The notes below the pieces were generated by a model. The model was given only the letters and a program-made list of their open reading frames with translations, did not search any database and had not been told where the DNA came from. Positions 25,093-38,833 of a stretch of 64,000 bases of DNA are shown here, one piece after another (positions within the stretch are counted from its first letter, which is position 1; the number at the start of each line of letters is the position of its first letter). Source of the stretch: Mobula hypostoma. Lineage: Eukaryota. Made by a program: the position numbers and the translations under genes. Location: assembly GCF_963921235.1 (NCBI RefSeq), contig NC_086109.1, positions 34,288,001 to 34,352,000 of the forward strand, given 5' to 3'.

Positions 25093-26148
25093 GTGGGAAT
25101 AAAGGGAGCCTTTTCTGGCTGGCCAACGGTGACTAGTGGTGTTCAACAGGGGGCTATGTTGGGTCTGATTATTTTTACATTATATATCAATAATTTGAAT
25201 GATGGCATTGATGGCTTTGTTGGAGAGTTTGCAGACAATATGAAGACAGGTGGAGGGGCAGGTAGTTTTGAGGAAGTAGAGAGGCCACAGAAGGGCTTAG
25301 ACAGGTTAGGAAAATAGGCAAAGAAATGGCAGATGGAATACAGTGTCAGGAAGTCTACGGTCATGCACTTGGGTAGAAAGAATAAAAGGGTTGGCTATTT
25401 TTTAAATTGAGAGAAAATACAAAAAACTGAGATGCAAACGGACTTGGGAGTCCTTATGCAGGATACCCTGAAGGTTAATTTGCAGGTTGAATATGTGACG
25501 AGGAAGGCATATGCAATGTTAGCATTCATTTCCAGAGGACTAGTATATAAAAGCAAAGATGTAATGTTGAAAATTTATAAAGCACTGGCGAGGCCTCATA
25601 TGGAATTTTGTGAGCAGGTTTGGGCCCCATATCTTAGAAGCTGGAGAGGGTTCAAAGGAGGTTCACAAAAATGATTCCAGGATTTAATGGCTTGTCACAT
25701 GAAGAGTGTTTGATGGCTCTGGGCCTGTATTCACTGGAATTCAGAAGAATGAGTGGTTGTCCTTGTTGAAACCTATTGAATGGTGAAAGGTCTTGATAGA
25801 GTGGATGTGGAGAGGATGTTTCCTATGGGAGGAGAATCTAAGACCAGAGAACAGAGCCTCAGAAATAGGGTAGCATCCTTTTAGATCAGGGATGAGGAGG
25901 AACTTCTTTAGCCAGGGAGTAGTGATTCTGGAATTCTTTGCCACAGGCAGATGTGGAGGCCAAGTCTTTATGTACAGTACATTTAAGGCAGAGGTCGATA
26001 GATTCTTGATTGGTCAGGGCACGAAAGGATACGGAGTGAAGGCAAGAGATTGGGGCTGAGAGGAAAATTAGATCAACCATGATGGAATGGCAGAGCAGAC
26101 GCAATGGGCCAAATGGCCTAATTCTGCTCCTATGACTTATGGTCTTAT
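25093..26148 (+). mobile_element. CR1 LINE 3' fragment in ITPR3 intron 1
   Basis: SGWPTVTSGVQQG, FADNMKTGG, KALARPHMEFCEQVWAP; TTATGGTCTTAT tail. Confidence 0.9.
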
Positions 26149-27795
26149 ACAGTATTCATTTGGAGAAAAGGCTGGTGTTCCACTCATCAAAATGGACCAG
26201 CTGCAACATTATCTATGCTAACAAATAAAAATGTGGACCAAACTTTTAATATTTTGATATATTAAAATTATAAGTTATGAAAATGTACAACAAAATTGAA
26301 GGGCACAGTGACAGTGCTTAGCAGGAAATTAGCTTGAAACTGAGATATCATTGGGCATATCTTTTATTTATACAATGCTAAATTGTAACATTATTTTCTT
26401 GTGATAATACTCGAGAGAATTAACAGATATCATTGCAAGTCTCTGGAAAAGACTTGTATTTGTTTTGTATTTTTTGTGTCCTTGGAATATTTCAATTTGA
26501 AAAATCTTACTGGTATTTATTTTTGTAGGATGTGAGGCTACTCATCCACACACAGCAAGATTCACGTGAACAGTAAAGATTTGATGACTATTTAATTATA
26601 ATCTTTTATTCTCCCCCCCCCCCACCCCAGGGATCTGTTTCAACCACAACATTACACCATACTGTATTTATTTGTGACTTGGATCAATAAGGAGTTTGTA
26701 GATGTCCGTAATTTTGGAAATGTAGGCAAAGGAGTTTGCAAAAGGAATGGACAGATTACGTGGCTAGTACTATTAATTGTGCAATTAATCAATGGCAATT
26801 GTGATATCTCATGCAGATATGATTATTTTTTTCAAACGGTGAGGAATCAAAAAAAAACTTTAGAAAGCAAAGAGGGTTGGGAGTCCAAATACAGAAATTA
26901 TTGCAGGCCATTAAGTATCAGAATTAGAATCAGGTTTATTATCACCGGCATGTGACGTGATATTTGTTAACATATAAATAGAAAAAGGAATAGATATATA
27001 GAAAAAGGAGTAAAAAAAGTGTATAGCCATAATGGCTTTTTCTTTCAAGTTGCTGAGACACACAAAAAAGAGGTAATTACACAACAGTTGCAAAGAGGCT
27101 TAGACAGACTTTATCTGGAATTTTGCCTTCGTCGCTGGGCGATGTAGGAATCTCATCCTTGATAATTATAATATTTTAGAAACAGCTTCTTCTCCTCCCG
27201 TAGATTTCTGAATAGTCTATGAACACTACCTCACTATGTTATTCTCTTTTTGCACTTCTTGAAATATTTCTTATTGTAACTTATGATATTGCTGCCATAA
27301 AGCAATAAATTTCTTAACATACCTCAGAGATTGTGGAACTGATTCTGATACTAAATGCACTGTCAATTGAAATTAATAGAACTGAAATGTAGTGTTTAGT
27401 TTTGCAGAATTTCTAAGCACTTGATGTTACCTCAACAATACTGGAATTTAAAGGTTAAATTTTGAGGACAGTTTGCCTGAACTCTGGCTTATTTCCCGGT
27501 GTATAGAAATTTGAAAGATAATATGATCAACAAAAATGCTAATGGCATTTGCATTGTTAGATCCTGTGAAATGAATTCCCTTCAAAGGACTTAATGCAGA
27601 GGGGTATAGTTGGACCATTCAGTGGGAAATTGGGAACTATTTCTTCACACAGTTTTGCAGAAATCTGAAGCTGTATCTGCCAATGGCTACAAATGAAGAG
27701 TCAAGTAAAGCTTTTAAGATTTATAGTTTAACAACTCATTAAATACTCTGCAGGGGCTAGAATGTGGAGTGAAGTTATTACATAGCAAAGATCAA

Positions 27796-27910
27796 ACACA
27801 TCCTGATGTGTTATTGAGTCCTGTTGAAGGGTCTTGGCCTGGAACATCGACTCTCTGTTCCTTTCCATAGATGTTCCCTAACCTGCTGAGTTCCTCCGGC
27901 ATCTTGTGTG
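27796..27910 (+). mobile_element. Penelope pLTR mini-insertion with an 18-bp TSD
   Basis: TTACATAGCAAAGATCAA 27778-27795 / TTACGTAGCAAAGATCAA 27911-27928; contains GAGTC-CTGTTGA-AGG..CCT-GGAA-CATC-GACTC. Confidence 0.75.
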
Positions 27911-28736
27911 TTACGTAGCAAAGATCAATACTTGTGTTTCTAGTTCCATCTGCAATTAATTGTTTTTTTATAATGTTGTATTTAGCACCGTATTCTTTAA
28001 TTTGCAGAGGTCAATAAAGGAGGCAAATTATGCTTGGGACCAGTGAATCATTCTAAAATATATATTTAATAAAAAACACTAAAATTGTGAAGATTATAGA
28101 TGCCTGACTCGCTTGGATACCAATTATTGATATTAACAGGCTGATTTCATCCACTTTTAGAACAAGTAATCCCTTTGACTATCTGAGTATTCATTTGGAC
28201 ATGAGTAGTATATTGATGAGCTGGAAAAGTATTAGAGGTTGCAGCCTTTTGATCTTTCTATGAAGTGGGTGGATTTGGCCCTCAGAGAAAATAGTAAAGT
28301 TGAAGGACTGAAGGAGGTTACAGAACAAAGCAATGTGACCATATGTGAGAAGAGGAAGGCAATAGGGCTTGAGATGTACAGCATATAACACAAGTGAGCT
28401 TATTACTGGCGTGAAGTATGGTCAAACTCCCCTATAAAAGTATTGTCAAGACATGAAAGAACATTTAACTTGAGCGCCTTCAGGGATTTTTCTGAGCTGG
28501 AGAGCTGGTCTGTGCGGTTAACAATGAAGGCAATATAGTTCTTCCATACTGCAATCACCCTTCTCCAAGAGTCCCTTAACAAGATGTTTGAACATCTTAC
28601 CTAATTGCTCAATGCTAGGTCTAAAATAACTTTCACCCCAATTGGTTTCTTGATATATTACTCTAGAAAAGCATACATATACACTTTATAAATTAATCTC
28701 CTGCCTTACTGCTGCTTCTTAGATGTATCCAATCTG

Positions 28737-29207
28737 TGAGGGGTAATTGATAAGTTTGTGGCCTAAGGTAGAAGGAGTCAATTTTACAAAACCTAGCACA
28801 TTTATTTTTCCTACATTTACACACTTAGTCCAGTGATCGTGGAGCATACGTATCCCTTCTTTGTAGAAGTTGGCGTCTTGGACCTCCAGAAGAGGTCCAC
28901 AGCAGGGGTGATTGATAAGTTATTGGCCTAAAGTAGAAGGAGATGAGGAGAAACTTCAAACTTTCTGCATTTTCACTCAAAGAGTTGAACTGCATGTGCA
29001 TGTAACGAGAGTTGTATATCTCCTTCTAGCTTAGGCCACAAACTTTATCAATCACCCCTGCTGTGGACCACTTCTACAAAGCAGGGATCCGTATGCTCCA
29101 CGACCGCTGGACTATCTAGGAGGGGACTATGCTGAAAAATAAATGCGCTAAGTTTTCTAAAATTGACTCCTTCTACCATAGGCCACGAACTTATCAATCA
29201 CCCATTG
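28737..29207. mobile_element. Mariner-derived palindromic MITE
   Basis: Long TIRs GAGGGGT(A/G)ATTGATAAGTT.GTGGCCTA.GGTAGAAGGAGTCAATTTT, TA at the right flank, an internal second TIR pair, and a transposase C-terminal relic FYKAGIRMLHDRWT..GDYAEK*. Confidence 0.85.
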
Positions 29208-29989
29208 TATATGAAAGAACTGTGGAGATGCTTGACGAATATTTTGTTAGGTTAAATTCAGTGACCAAAGGGTGCAGGCAGGCACATGAAGAATTTGAAT
29301 GAAGCTGGTGCTGAAATCTTTTTCACTGAACCTTGCAGAATAACTCTGGGAAGGCAGTGCGGTACATGGAAGTATTTTGCTTAGGATTTCACTCTACACT
29401 TCAGGCAAGGAACAAGGTCAAAGAGAAAGCAATTGCAGCATGGTTTTCCTGGGAATGCTGCTAAATTATTTCGGTAGAAAAGGCAGAACATGCTGTGACT
29501 GTTACAACTTTAGGATACCATGTTGATTGCAACTGAATAAGGCATATTGCAGAGTGTATAGACCATTAATGCTCGAAGAATGCAACTTCTGGTAAGAACG
29601 CTCTAGAGCTTGTTTGCCTTGGTTGCAAAGGGGTGAAGACACTGTCCTTGGGTACCATCAACGAATGGACAGTGAAGTTCAGAATGATGAAAGGGAATTG
29701 TTATAAACCTGCAGAGGGAGTAACCAGTAACAGAATGAAGGCCTCTTGAAGAATTCATGAAAAATAGGTGAATTCAAACTGTTGGAAGTTAGTCAGTTGT
29801 CAGGCTGAAACTCCAAGGGAGTGTTACTGGGCTGTTGTGGATTTGAACTACCATGGGAAGAAAATTGGAACCACAGATTTAAGAAAGTGAGGTACAAAGC
29901 AATAAGTCAAAGTTAGAAATGTAAGCCAAATGAAAGGGCAGAAGAAGCAAATATAAGCAGTAGCAGGGGTCAAAGTACAGAAAAAATAG

Positions 29990-32750
29990 TAAAAGGGAAA
30001 AATTAAAGGCAATATATATAAATATATAGCACTGTTGATAAGGTGGATGAATTGCTGGTAGAAATGAATTTATGATCTCAGGATTGTTTATTGTCATTCA
30101 TCAGTACACAAGAGTCCAGGAGAGGGAAATAATTGTTACTGTGGATCGAATGCAACATAAAAAACACAGTAGGCATAATGGACACAATAAAAACAATATA
30201 TATATACACAAAAGGTTAGCGTATACACAGACTGATTGTATGTACATAAAATGATGCTAGGTACAGGGCTATCTATCTGTCCATAAGGTCATTCTGAGAG
30301 GAAGTGATAAAATAGAAATGATCTAGTTGTTATTATGCAAAAATGACAGCAGGTTGACACAGAAGTTGGGAGCTGAATGTTTATGGGCATTTGATATTTA
30401 GGCAAAAATGAAAAGAAGTGATCATGTTGTTAAGATTCATATGTAGTGGGAAATGATCCAGTTTGAGCAGATTGTAATTTAAAATTAGGAATAATTTGAT
30501 TGGAAAATTATGGTGGATCATTTATCATATTAAGCACAGAATTAATCAGGAAGTTAGAGTTGCTTGTAATATCTGAAACAGTAAACTTGGGTGATTTTAA
30601 TCTTCATGTAGACTGGATAAGGCAAATTAGTAGTGATAAGGCATAGGATTAGTTTATAACATGTATGTAGCACATTTTTCTAGAGTAATACGTCAAGAAA
30701 CCAACTTGAGTGGAAGTTATTTTAGACCTAGCACTGTACAATTAGAGAAGAATCATTAACCAACTTGTATAGGACTGTTGGAGAAGGGTAACAACAGTAT
30801 GAAAGAATCTTAATTTTGGTCTACAGTATAATACTCTATACTGTATCTGAAACTAAAGTCTTAAACTAAAACAATGAAAACTATAGGGTGTGAGGGGAGA
30901 GTAGGCAGTGGTTGTCCACTAAACTGCCTTTAAAGTTCTGACAGCGGACAGAGAGTAGTTGCCATATAGGGAAAGAATGTATTCCCCAAGGGCACAAATA
31001 CTAGGAAAGATGGCAAATTCATGAAAGGTGATCCATTCATGGGTGACAGAGGAAAGTAAACTAAAACAAAAAGGATTTATAAAGTTCCAAAACTAACAGC
31101 AGGCATGGGGAATATAAGCGTTTTAGAACTTGGGAAAGAATGACAATAAGAAGTGGAAAATGAAAGAAGACTAGAGGGAAACTCTGGCTGGAGCACCTAA
31201 AAAGAAAGGTAATTGAAAACAAATGTGCTACCCATGGACAGAAGTGGGATAAATTGCAGTGAAAATTAAGGAAATGTCAGAGTAATTAAGTAAACTCTTA
31301 AGTTGTCTTCACACATGAAAAATGCAAGAGGAGAACATCCAGACAAAAATGAAAGAATTGAGTCAGTATATTTTAATGAAAGGTATTTTTTGAGGGTCTG
31401 CTTAGTAGAATATATGAAGGAGAACAAAGAGTGTGGTGTATTTAAGAAGGCTTGTGGTAAGTTGCTACATATCAAGTTGCTTAACACGATTAGAGGATTC
31501 GGAATTATGATTGTTACCCTGGAAAGGATTAAGAATTGGTTAATAGATAGCAAGTAAAGAGTAGAGGTAGATCTGTCCTCCTCACTTTGGCAGACGGCAC
31601 CCAGTGGGATCTCACAGAAATGCTGCTTAGGATCCCTCAGGTTCGTGATCTATATCAATAATTTAGCTGATGGGACCAAATGTCATATTTCGAAGTCTGC
31701 TGATGATCTAAACCTTGGTGACGTTGTGAGTAGAGAGAACATTAAAAGGTCTCAAGGGAGTATAGAAAGCTTAGCAAGTGGCCAGAACAAGGAAGATGGA
31801 TTAGAAAGTGGAGAAGAATTGAAATGGTTCACTAGATTCAGGATCATGGTCCCATGGATGCTGTTTGACCTGCTGGATTCCTCAAACATATTTTTCTCTC
31901 CAGATTCCAGCAGTCTCTGATGAAAGTGGCCTTACAAGGTTTTAAATCCTCTGTAATTGTTTTTATATCTTTGTCAGTCCCTGGGATCAAGGATGGCTTG
32001 CTCCCCTGATGTTTTGAGCTGGCTATTGAGGTGAATGTAGAACTTTTTAGTCTTTGTTCAGACCACACCAGAAGTTTTGTGTGTCATCTTGATGTCCTGG
32101 CCTTAATATAACATACTTTCCAGAAGGATCTGGGCCCGAAACGTCGACTGTACCTCTTCCTGGAGATGCTGCCTGGCCTGCTGTGTTCACCAGCAACTTT
32201 GATGTGTGTTGCATACTTTCCATCAAGCTAACTGCGCTGAACATTCACTAAACTGTTTTTCAATGCAGTGGCTTTGAGGAGAGATGGAGTAAACATGATT
32301 GGTACTCTCTCATTTAAAATAATGAGATGTAGTCACATTTAAGCTTACAAGGTTTTTAATGAACTCAGCAGAGTGGATGCAGAGGCCATGTTTCTCCTGG
32401 CTAAGTCAAAAACCAAGAGTCATGGACCTCAAAATAGTCGGTAATCTGTTTAGGATTGATATGAGGACAAAATCCTTCACTTAATGACGAATATTTTTGA
32501 ATTCTACATTTCAGAGGGCTGTGGATTGCAGCATTCAAAAAATTCTTTGTATTTCCCATTCATGCTCTTAACATTCAAGTCTATTGAACTCCGATTTCAT
32601 ACATATCTGAGATTGATATACCTGGATGTTAAGAGAAAGAGGAAAATGGAGCTGAGTTACTTGAACAGCTATAATCCGGATGAATGGTAGACCAAGCTTG
32701 GAAGCCCAAATAGTTTATACCTGCTCTTCTATTTTTATGTTCTTATGTTT
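29990..32750 (+). mobile_element. Old, long CR1 LINE (APE endonuclease + RT relics) with nested insertions
   Basis: LKAIYIN..DKVDELL, WELNVYGHLIFR, LGDFNLHVDW, LDLALYN, FKKACGKLLH, IYINNL..ISKSADD; tail TTTTATGTTCTTATGT ~32733-32748. Confidence 0.7.
32123..32211 (+). mobile_element. 89-bp Penelope pLTR mini-insertion with a perfect 11-bp TSD
   Basis: TSD CATACTTTCCA at 32112-32122 and 32212-32222; insert GAAGGATCTGGGCCCGAAACGTCGACTG..GATGTGTGTTG. Confidence 0.88.
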
Positions 32751-34929
32751 GCTTTCTAACACATGCACTGAAAATATCTGAAGCATGTTTTGTTGTGGCA
32801 AAGTAAGCGTGTGTTAGTGGCCTATGCAGAAGGTGCTGCCAATGAAGGGAGATGTGTTGCTCATGGACCAGAGCCATGTACCTGAGATAAGGAACATAGT
32901 TAGACCAAGTCACTTGAGTTGAGAGAGTATTCTTAAATTAACTGCAGCATTTGACATGATAAGATTGTAGCACCAAATGAACTGTAGATGCATCGGACCC
33001 GGCCAAGATGACCATTGGTCAGATGGGTTTTTGAGGCACCAGGAAGTTTGGATCTCACAAATGTAGCTAATCTACATCCACTAGTTACAGTACTAACCAG
33101 GATGAGCTTGGAGAATGGAACACCGTTAACTATTCCTGCACAATCTAAGATAGAGAAGAAACTTTTATCTGTGGAAGAACATCTGACAAAGGCAGGTGAC
33201 TCCATCCAGAAAGCAAATGCAGTGATCTTGGTAGGAGTGATGAGAACTCATACTTTATAGATGAAGTTGAAGAGAGAGTCCATTTGAAGAGGAATATGTG
33301 GGTTAATAGTTTAGTTTAGAGAAATGAAGTACGAGGTTTTTCAAGAACAGGAGAGGTAGAACATGGTCAGTGCATTCCAAGGCTGCATACATGGGACTGG
33401 TAGAAGATCCAAAGGTGCAGAGGTAAGGGTCACAGTGGAATTGCATGATACAACATGGTAAGATGGTACTATCAGGCTTGAAGTTTTGATGATTTCTTAC
33501 GGTATCAAAGAAAAGATAAATGGACATATGATCAGAAGGTAGAGCAATCCAATATGCTATTTAACCCCTATTGCCCATCTCATGTTCAGTGATATATTGG
33601 CTGATCTTTTACCTCAGTGCCACCTTGCTGCACTAACCCCTTGACTCTTCATTACCCAGCAATGTATGAAGCTCAGCTTTGAACATCCTCAGCACTGGAG
33701 CTTTCAAGCCTCTTGGGTAGAGTATTACATGTGGGGGAAATTTTAAAACAATCTTCTCGCTTGTGCTCTTTGAAGCAAATCACATACTTATTGACCCTTG
33801 GCTCTGATGTTCCAATGAGGAGAAATTAGCCCTCCATCTACCATAAGTTTTTTAAGAAAATTTAAGTTAAAATAATTTAATTAGTGTTTCTTTGAAACTT
33901 GGTGATCATGCCATATTGGGTGTTGAACCATCAGCAAACAAAGACTGCAGGGCAGCAAGTAAAGCAGATACTGCAAATAGTAATGAGAGATTTGCACAGA
34001 AAGAAGCTTCAAGAGAAGCTACCTCAAGATAGAAATGAATAGATATGGAGCACTGTGTGATGAAACTAAAAATGAAGATCAGGGTGATGTCATGGAGTGC
34101 CAAACAGCTTGATGAGCAGCTTGGGTCTAAACTGTGGCGGAGAAGGTGATGTTGCCTTTATTAGGCAATGGGAGTAATTACATTTCTTGTAATGAACAGA
34201 TTAGAGGAGAATTTGGTGTTTTGTTTTGATGTTTCATTAGAGAGTTGAGTTGAGGTAACAGCATTGTCAACATCAATGTCAGAGTCCACCATCACATGTG
34301 AAACTTGACATGGGGTGACGTAGAGAGGCTGTTTCAGTCAGGTCAGAGGTAGAAGGAATTGCAAAGCCTAGAAAAGGCAGATGATCTGCAAGACTTCCGC
34401 TGTCCATGGAGCCACTGTTTAACCTGAACCAGGCTCAGATTGAGTGAGATCCCTAGCTATTGTCTTGCTTTGTGGATGTGATCATGAAAAATCTAAATAA
34501 ATGATGCTTCCTCAGGCCTGAACCTCAGGAACAGCGAGGTCCAGGGTCTACAAGGAGAGTAAATGACAATTGAATTGTGAAAATGAGTGTGCATGAGAAT
34601 ATTAAGGAAAAGATCAAGTTAGAAATTGAAAGGATTGTGGTTATTGCACTTGGAAATATTTTTCTAATTATTTTAGTTGAACCTGTTAAGATTTGGGATT
34701 ACAATTATGTTTAGAAAGGTATGGGGTGGCACAGTAGCATAGCGGTTTGTATAATGCTATTAAAGCATCAGAGACCTTGGGTGCTCTGGTATCCTCCCAC
34801 ATTTGAAAGATATACAAGTCAGTCGGTTAATTCCATCACCTGTGTAATGGCCCCACCACGGGCCCAAACACTCGACTATTGCTATCCACCAGCAAAGATG
34901 CCTTTTAAAGTATCCCTTGTCCACACTTC

Positions 34930-35305
34930 GAAAAATCAGACCTCCAGGCTACGTTTCTACTCTCTGCATTCAAACAGAAGCTGAAATGGGGGGGATCCAG
35001 AACAGAAAGTTGTCCAGTACTGGTCTGAGGAAACAGATGCGATTCTACGTGACTGCTTTGGGTCATTGTTCAAAGACTCAGCTGCCAGCCTAGAAAAGAA
35101 TGTCACCATCACAGACTATCAGTAAGTATCTTGAGGATTGTGTATCAAAGAAGAGGCCTTTGGTACACAGTCAGGGTGTTTCCAAACCAGAAACTATGAA
35201 TGAACGATCCATTCTATTTTGAAGCCTCGGCTACTAGAGCATTCAAATCAGAAAATTCTGACCTTTATAAGATATCAACATATGACCTCTGTAAAGCATT
35301 ATGGG
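34930..35305 (+). mobile_element. Rex1/Babar LINE internal fragment, preceded by a SINE head (~34722-34850)
   Basis: FLLSAFKQKLK..KVVQYWSEETDAILRDCF..VRVFPNQK, typical of the Rex ORF linker region. Confidence 0.6.
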
Positions 35306-37581
35306 AAATTGTGGTAGGATCACAACACCCTCCACTACTTTGGAGATGCCTGTAGTATATTGAAGTTAAACTAAATTTATAGTTGTGGGCAGTGTATATA
35401 TAAATTGTGCATTTAAATATGTATGTAAAATGAATAGATTAGTTTCATGTACACTTATATATTTCTTATCTTTTCTTAAGTAAAAACTGTGGTGTACTGT
35501 TCTTGAAAGGTACATACAGATACACTATACTGGATGCATACTGTATATACCCTTAAGTTTACATACACAGTGTTAATTGTTTTCTGATGCATTGCTGTAT
35601 CAGTTTCTGCTGTTTGGTGTGGTGAATGCTGTTCTCAGTGTGATAAAGCAAGTTTCCTTAGCAGCTTTATTCCTGTCTTTGCGAACAGAAATGTGAAAAA
35701 AACCTGTGTTAACCACTACACACTTCCATCAAAATGAGCTGACGGTTTTGCAGCTTTTGAGATCGTATCATTCATTGTGTCTCCATAATTCTGGAATGAT
35801 CGAGTCGGCTGCACGTGCCGCTTCTGAAATACTGTTAGGTAATACTGTGCAGTAATCTGTAGATCTGGTTCCATACTTGTGTTTTCCGCAATGGAGCTGT
35901 TAAGTCCACACTGGTCAAATTTCTACACCAGCCAATGGTAGCAACTGCTTCTGTGATGAGCTATAACTTCCCACTTATGGACTAAATAGGCTTATTTGTG
36001 TTTTGTAAGAGGTAAGAAGCTCAAGTTCACATCTGGCTGACCATGCCTGTCAGTCTTAATTCTACTCTTGTGTCTGAAACCATGCAGAACCGTATACTGT
36101 AACAGAGCATCGCATAGACTTATTTTGAAAAAATGAAACACATTAGGGTAGTTAGTAAAAAGAACAGCTTAGTAGCTAGATGATAAGTTTGTTGCTCGAT
36201 CTTCTAGTCACCTATGCAGGCTAGTATCTTAGAAACATATGCTCTATCATAAATTATATGTGATTATCTCTATAAGGGTATTAACGGGCTGGAGATTGTT
36301 GCATCAACAAATGGAAATTTGCAACCCGCCATAAAATTCCTTTTGGTGGATTAGGATTTGCATTCCATATCTTCATATATATCTAGCAACGGGAGTCTCT
36401 TAAATGAGGCATTGTGTCTGAGTCTAATGTTGCTGGCTTACTCATTGATAAATTTTCAAAATTTTAACATCCTGCATTATTTGATAATTATTCAGCTTCT
36501 TGAATACGTGTGATCAAGCACCAGTTTGCTTTTTTTCCCCAGTAAGAACAAAAGATTTGAAAGAAAGATAAAGGCTATATTTTATGAAATAAATGTCTGT
36601 ATTGATGCAGTGCATTTGAGTCATCATGTACAGAATTTGATCTCTGTCTTTCAACATGAATGCTGGGTTTATTGAATTACTTAGGATTATTCTGTGAGCC
36701 ATCAATTATTAAATTGTATAAAGCCACTATTCCAGAGCAGAAAAATATGAACTACAGAACTGCCTTGTTTCTGCATTTAAACAATATTAAAATATTGTAA
36801 CTAGCAGGATCCAGCTGTCAATTTTCAGACCCAGATTTTTTCTAAAATTCTTTTATGAACTGCAGATTTCTAAAGAAAGATATTAACAAATGTCTCTGCT
36901 AGTAATTTAACCTTGTGGAAAAATGTCTCCGCTCTACATTTAAACATCTGTGCAAGTTATGCGTGTACAATTGAGAAGTTTATTTTTCCCCACTAACAGG
37001 GCAAGTTGTGAGATTTGTAGATAATGTGTCATGGTGTACAGTGCTTATTCAGAAATTGAATAATTTGAATAAATGTAATTTCTAGCTTTATCTAGAAATT
37101 TGCTTGTCAGTTTTGAGCTTTTGCCAACTACCAAGGACAAGTAGACTTAATTGTCTTTATGAGTCTGTGTTGAATTAGCTGTCAGGTAAAGAACCTTGGT
37201 TGTTTGTTGGTTTTTGTGTGTAAATTTTCATTGATTCCATTGTATTTCTTTGTTCTGCAGTGAATCTTGCCAGAAAATAAATCTCAAGGTAGTATATGGT
37301 GACATACATGTACTTTGATAATAAATTTACTTTGAACTTTTAAACAAAGACACTTTTGTGTTTATACGTCTTTTATGCCTCTGACTGTGGCAGAGATCTT
37401 TACAGCCAATTGTGCAGTTTTAGTGTCATAGAGTTTGAATTTTGAATTCAATTTATCATTCTAATGTACCAGCTAATTTGTACATGAAATGTTACTATAA
37501 ACAGTAATAACATAATGACCAGAGAACCTTATTTGTAACAATGATGATTAAAGGATAAATGTTGTCCAAGACACCTGGATT

Positions 37582-37960
37582 CATCATCATCATTATGGGC
37601 TGTGTTGTGTGACATGGGTGATCATGATTTTATGACCATAATTGTTCTTGGCAGATTTTTGTGCAGAAGTCGTTTGTCATTGCCTTCTTTTGGGCAGTGT
37701 CTTTACAAGACAGGTGAGACCAACCATTAACAATACTCTTCAGAGATTGTCTGCCTGGGATCAGTGGTTGTATAACCAGGACTTGTCATATGCACCAGCT
37801 GCTTATATGACCATCCACCACCTGCTCCCATGGCTTAACATGACCGTGATCGGAAGGCTAAGCAGGTGCTACACTTGGCCCAAGGGTGACCTGCAGGCTA
37901 GCGGATGGAAGGAGTGCCTTACACCTCCTTTGGTAGAGATGCATCTCTTACTTTCCACCC
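37582..37960 (-). mobile_element. RTE-related non-autonomous retroelement (SINE-like) with an (ATG)n tail
   Basis: (CAT)4 at the left end; AGAAGTCGTTTGTCATTGCCTTCT resembles the RTE/Bov-A-type motif; candidate TSD GACACCTGGATT 37570-37581 / GACTCCTAGATT 37961-37972. Confidence 0.55.
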
Positions 37961-38293
37961 GACTCCTAGATTATTCAAATAAAAGCAGAAAACTCTGCAA
38001 ACACTCAGTTGGTCATGTAGTGTCAGGGGCAAGGGTAATGCAAGCTGCCAGTTTGCTTTAACCGTTTCACATTAAATAGTGCCAGAAGGTTCAGAGGCGT
38101 AGATATTGGGTGAGGCCAAAACTGGACTGAACGAAATTCATGTAGTAGTGATTGAGACCAGTAGAAAAAATGGAGAAAAAGAAAAATTGTAATGAAAACA
38201 AACCAGGATTAATGTTCATTACAGTGAAATTGTTCTATGTGATCCCTTTTGCCATCAGTTTATAAGCAAGGCCAAATATAGATACAAACGTTT

Positions 38294-38833
38294 GTAGATA
38301 GATACTTTATTGATCCCAAAGGAAATTACAGTATCACAGTAGCTTTACAAGTGCACAGATATATAAATATTAGAAGAGAAGTAAGAAAGAATAAAAACTA
38401 AGTTACCTCAAACAGTCTAACAGGAGGGGTCATCACTCCCTGGCTGAAGGTTGACTTATTATAGCATTTAATGGCCGAGGGTAAGAATGACCTCCATATA
38501 GCGCTCTTTAGAGCAGCACAGTTGCCTTTGTCTATTGTTAAAAGTGCTCCTCTGCTCAACCATGGTGGCATACAGAGGATGAGAAACATTGTCCAGAATA
38601 GCCAGGATTTTCCTGAGGGCCCCTTGTTTTATGACAGCCTCCATTGTTTCCAGTTTGATTCCTATAACAGAACTAGCCTTTCTAATCAGTTTATTGAGCT
38701 TGTTGACATCACCCATGTTGATGCCTTTGCCCCAGCACACCACCACATAAAAGATTGTACTGGCAACAACAGACTGGTAGAACATGTGAAGGAGAGGCCT
38801 GTGTACTCCAAGGACCTCAATCTCCTCAGTCTC
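38294..38833 (-). mobile_element. Rex1/Babar LINE 3' fragment
   Basis: LLHMFYQSVVASTIFYVVVCWG..ILDNVSHPL..RSFLPSAIK; tail GGATCAATAAAGTATCTATCT. Confidence 0.88.

Noticed and set aside
32780..34600. Possible very old minus-strand LINE or coding relic (ORFs 32933-33260)
   Set aside because: Too degenerate to assign; no diagnostic motif recovered.
35824..35850. AAATACTGTTAGGTAATACTG resembles miR-200/429/miR-8 mature sequence
   Set aside because: Seed start is imperfect and no complementary arm is nearby to form a pre-miRNA hairpin.
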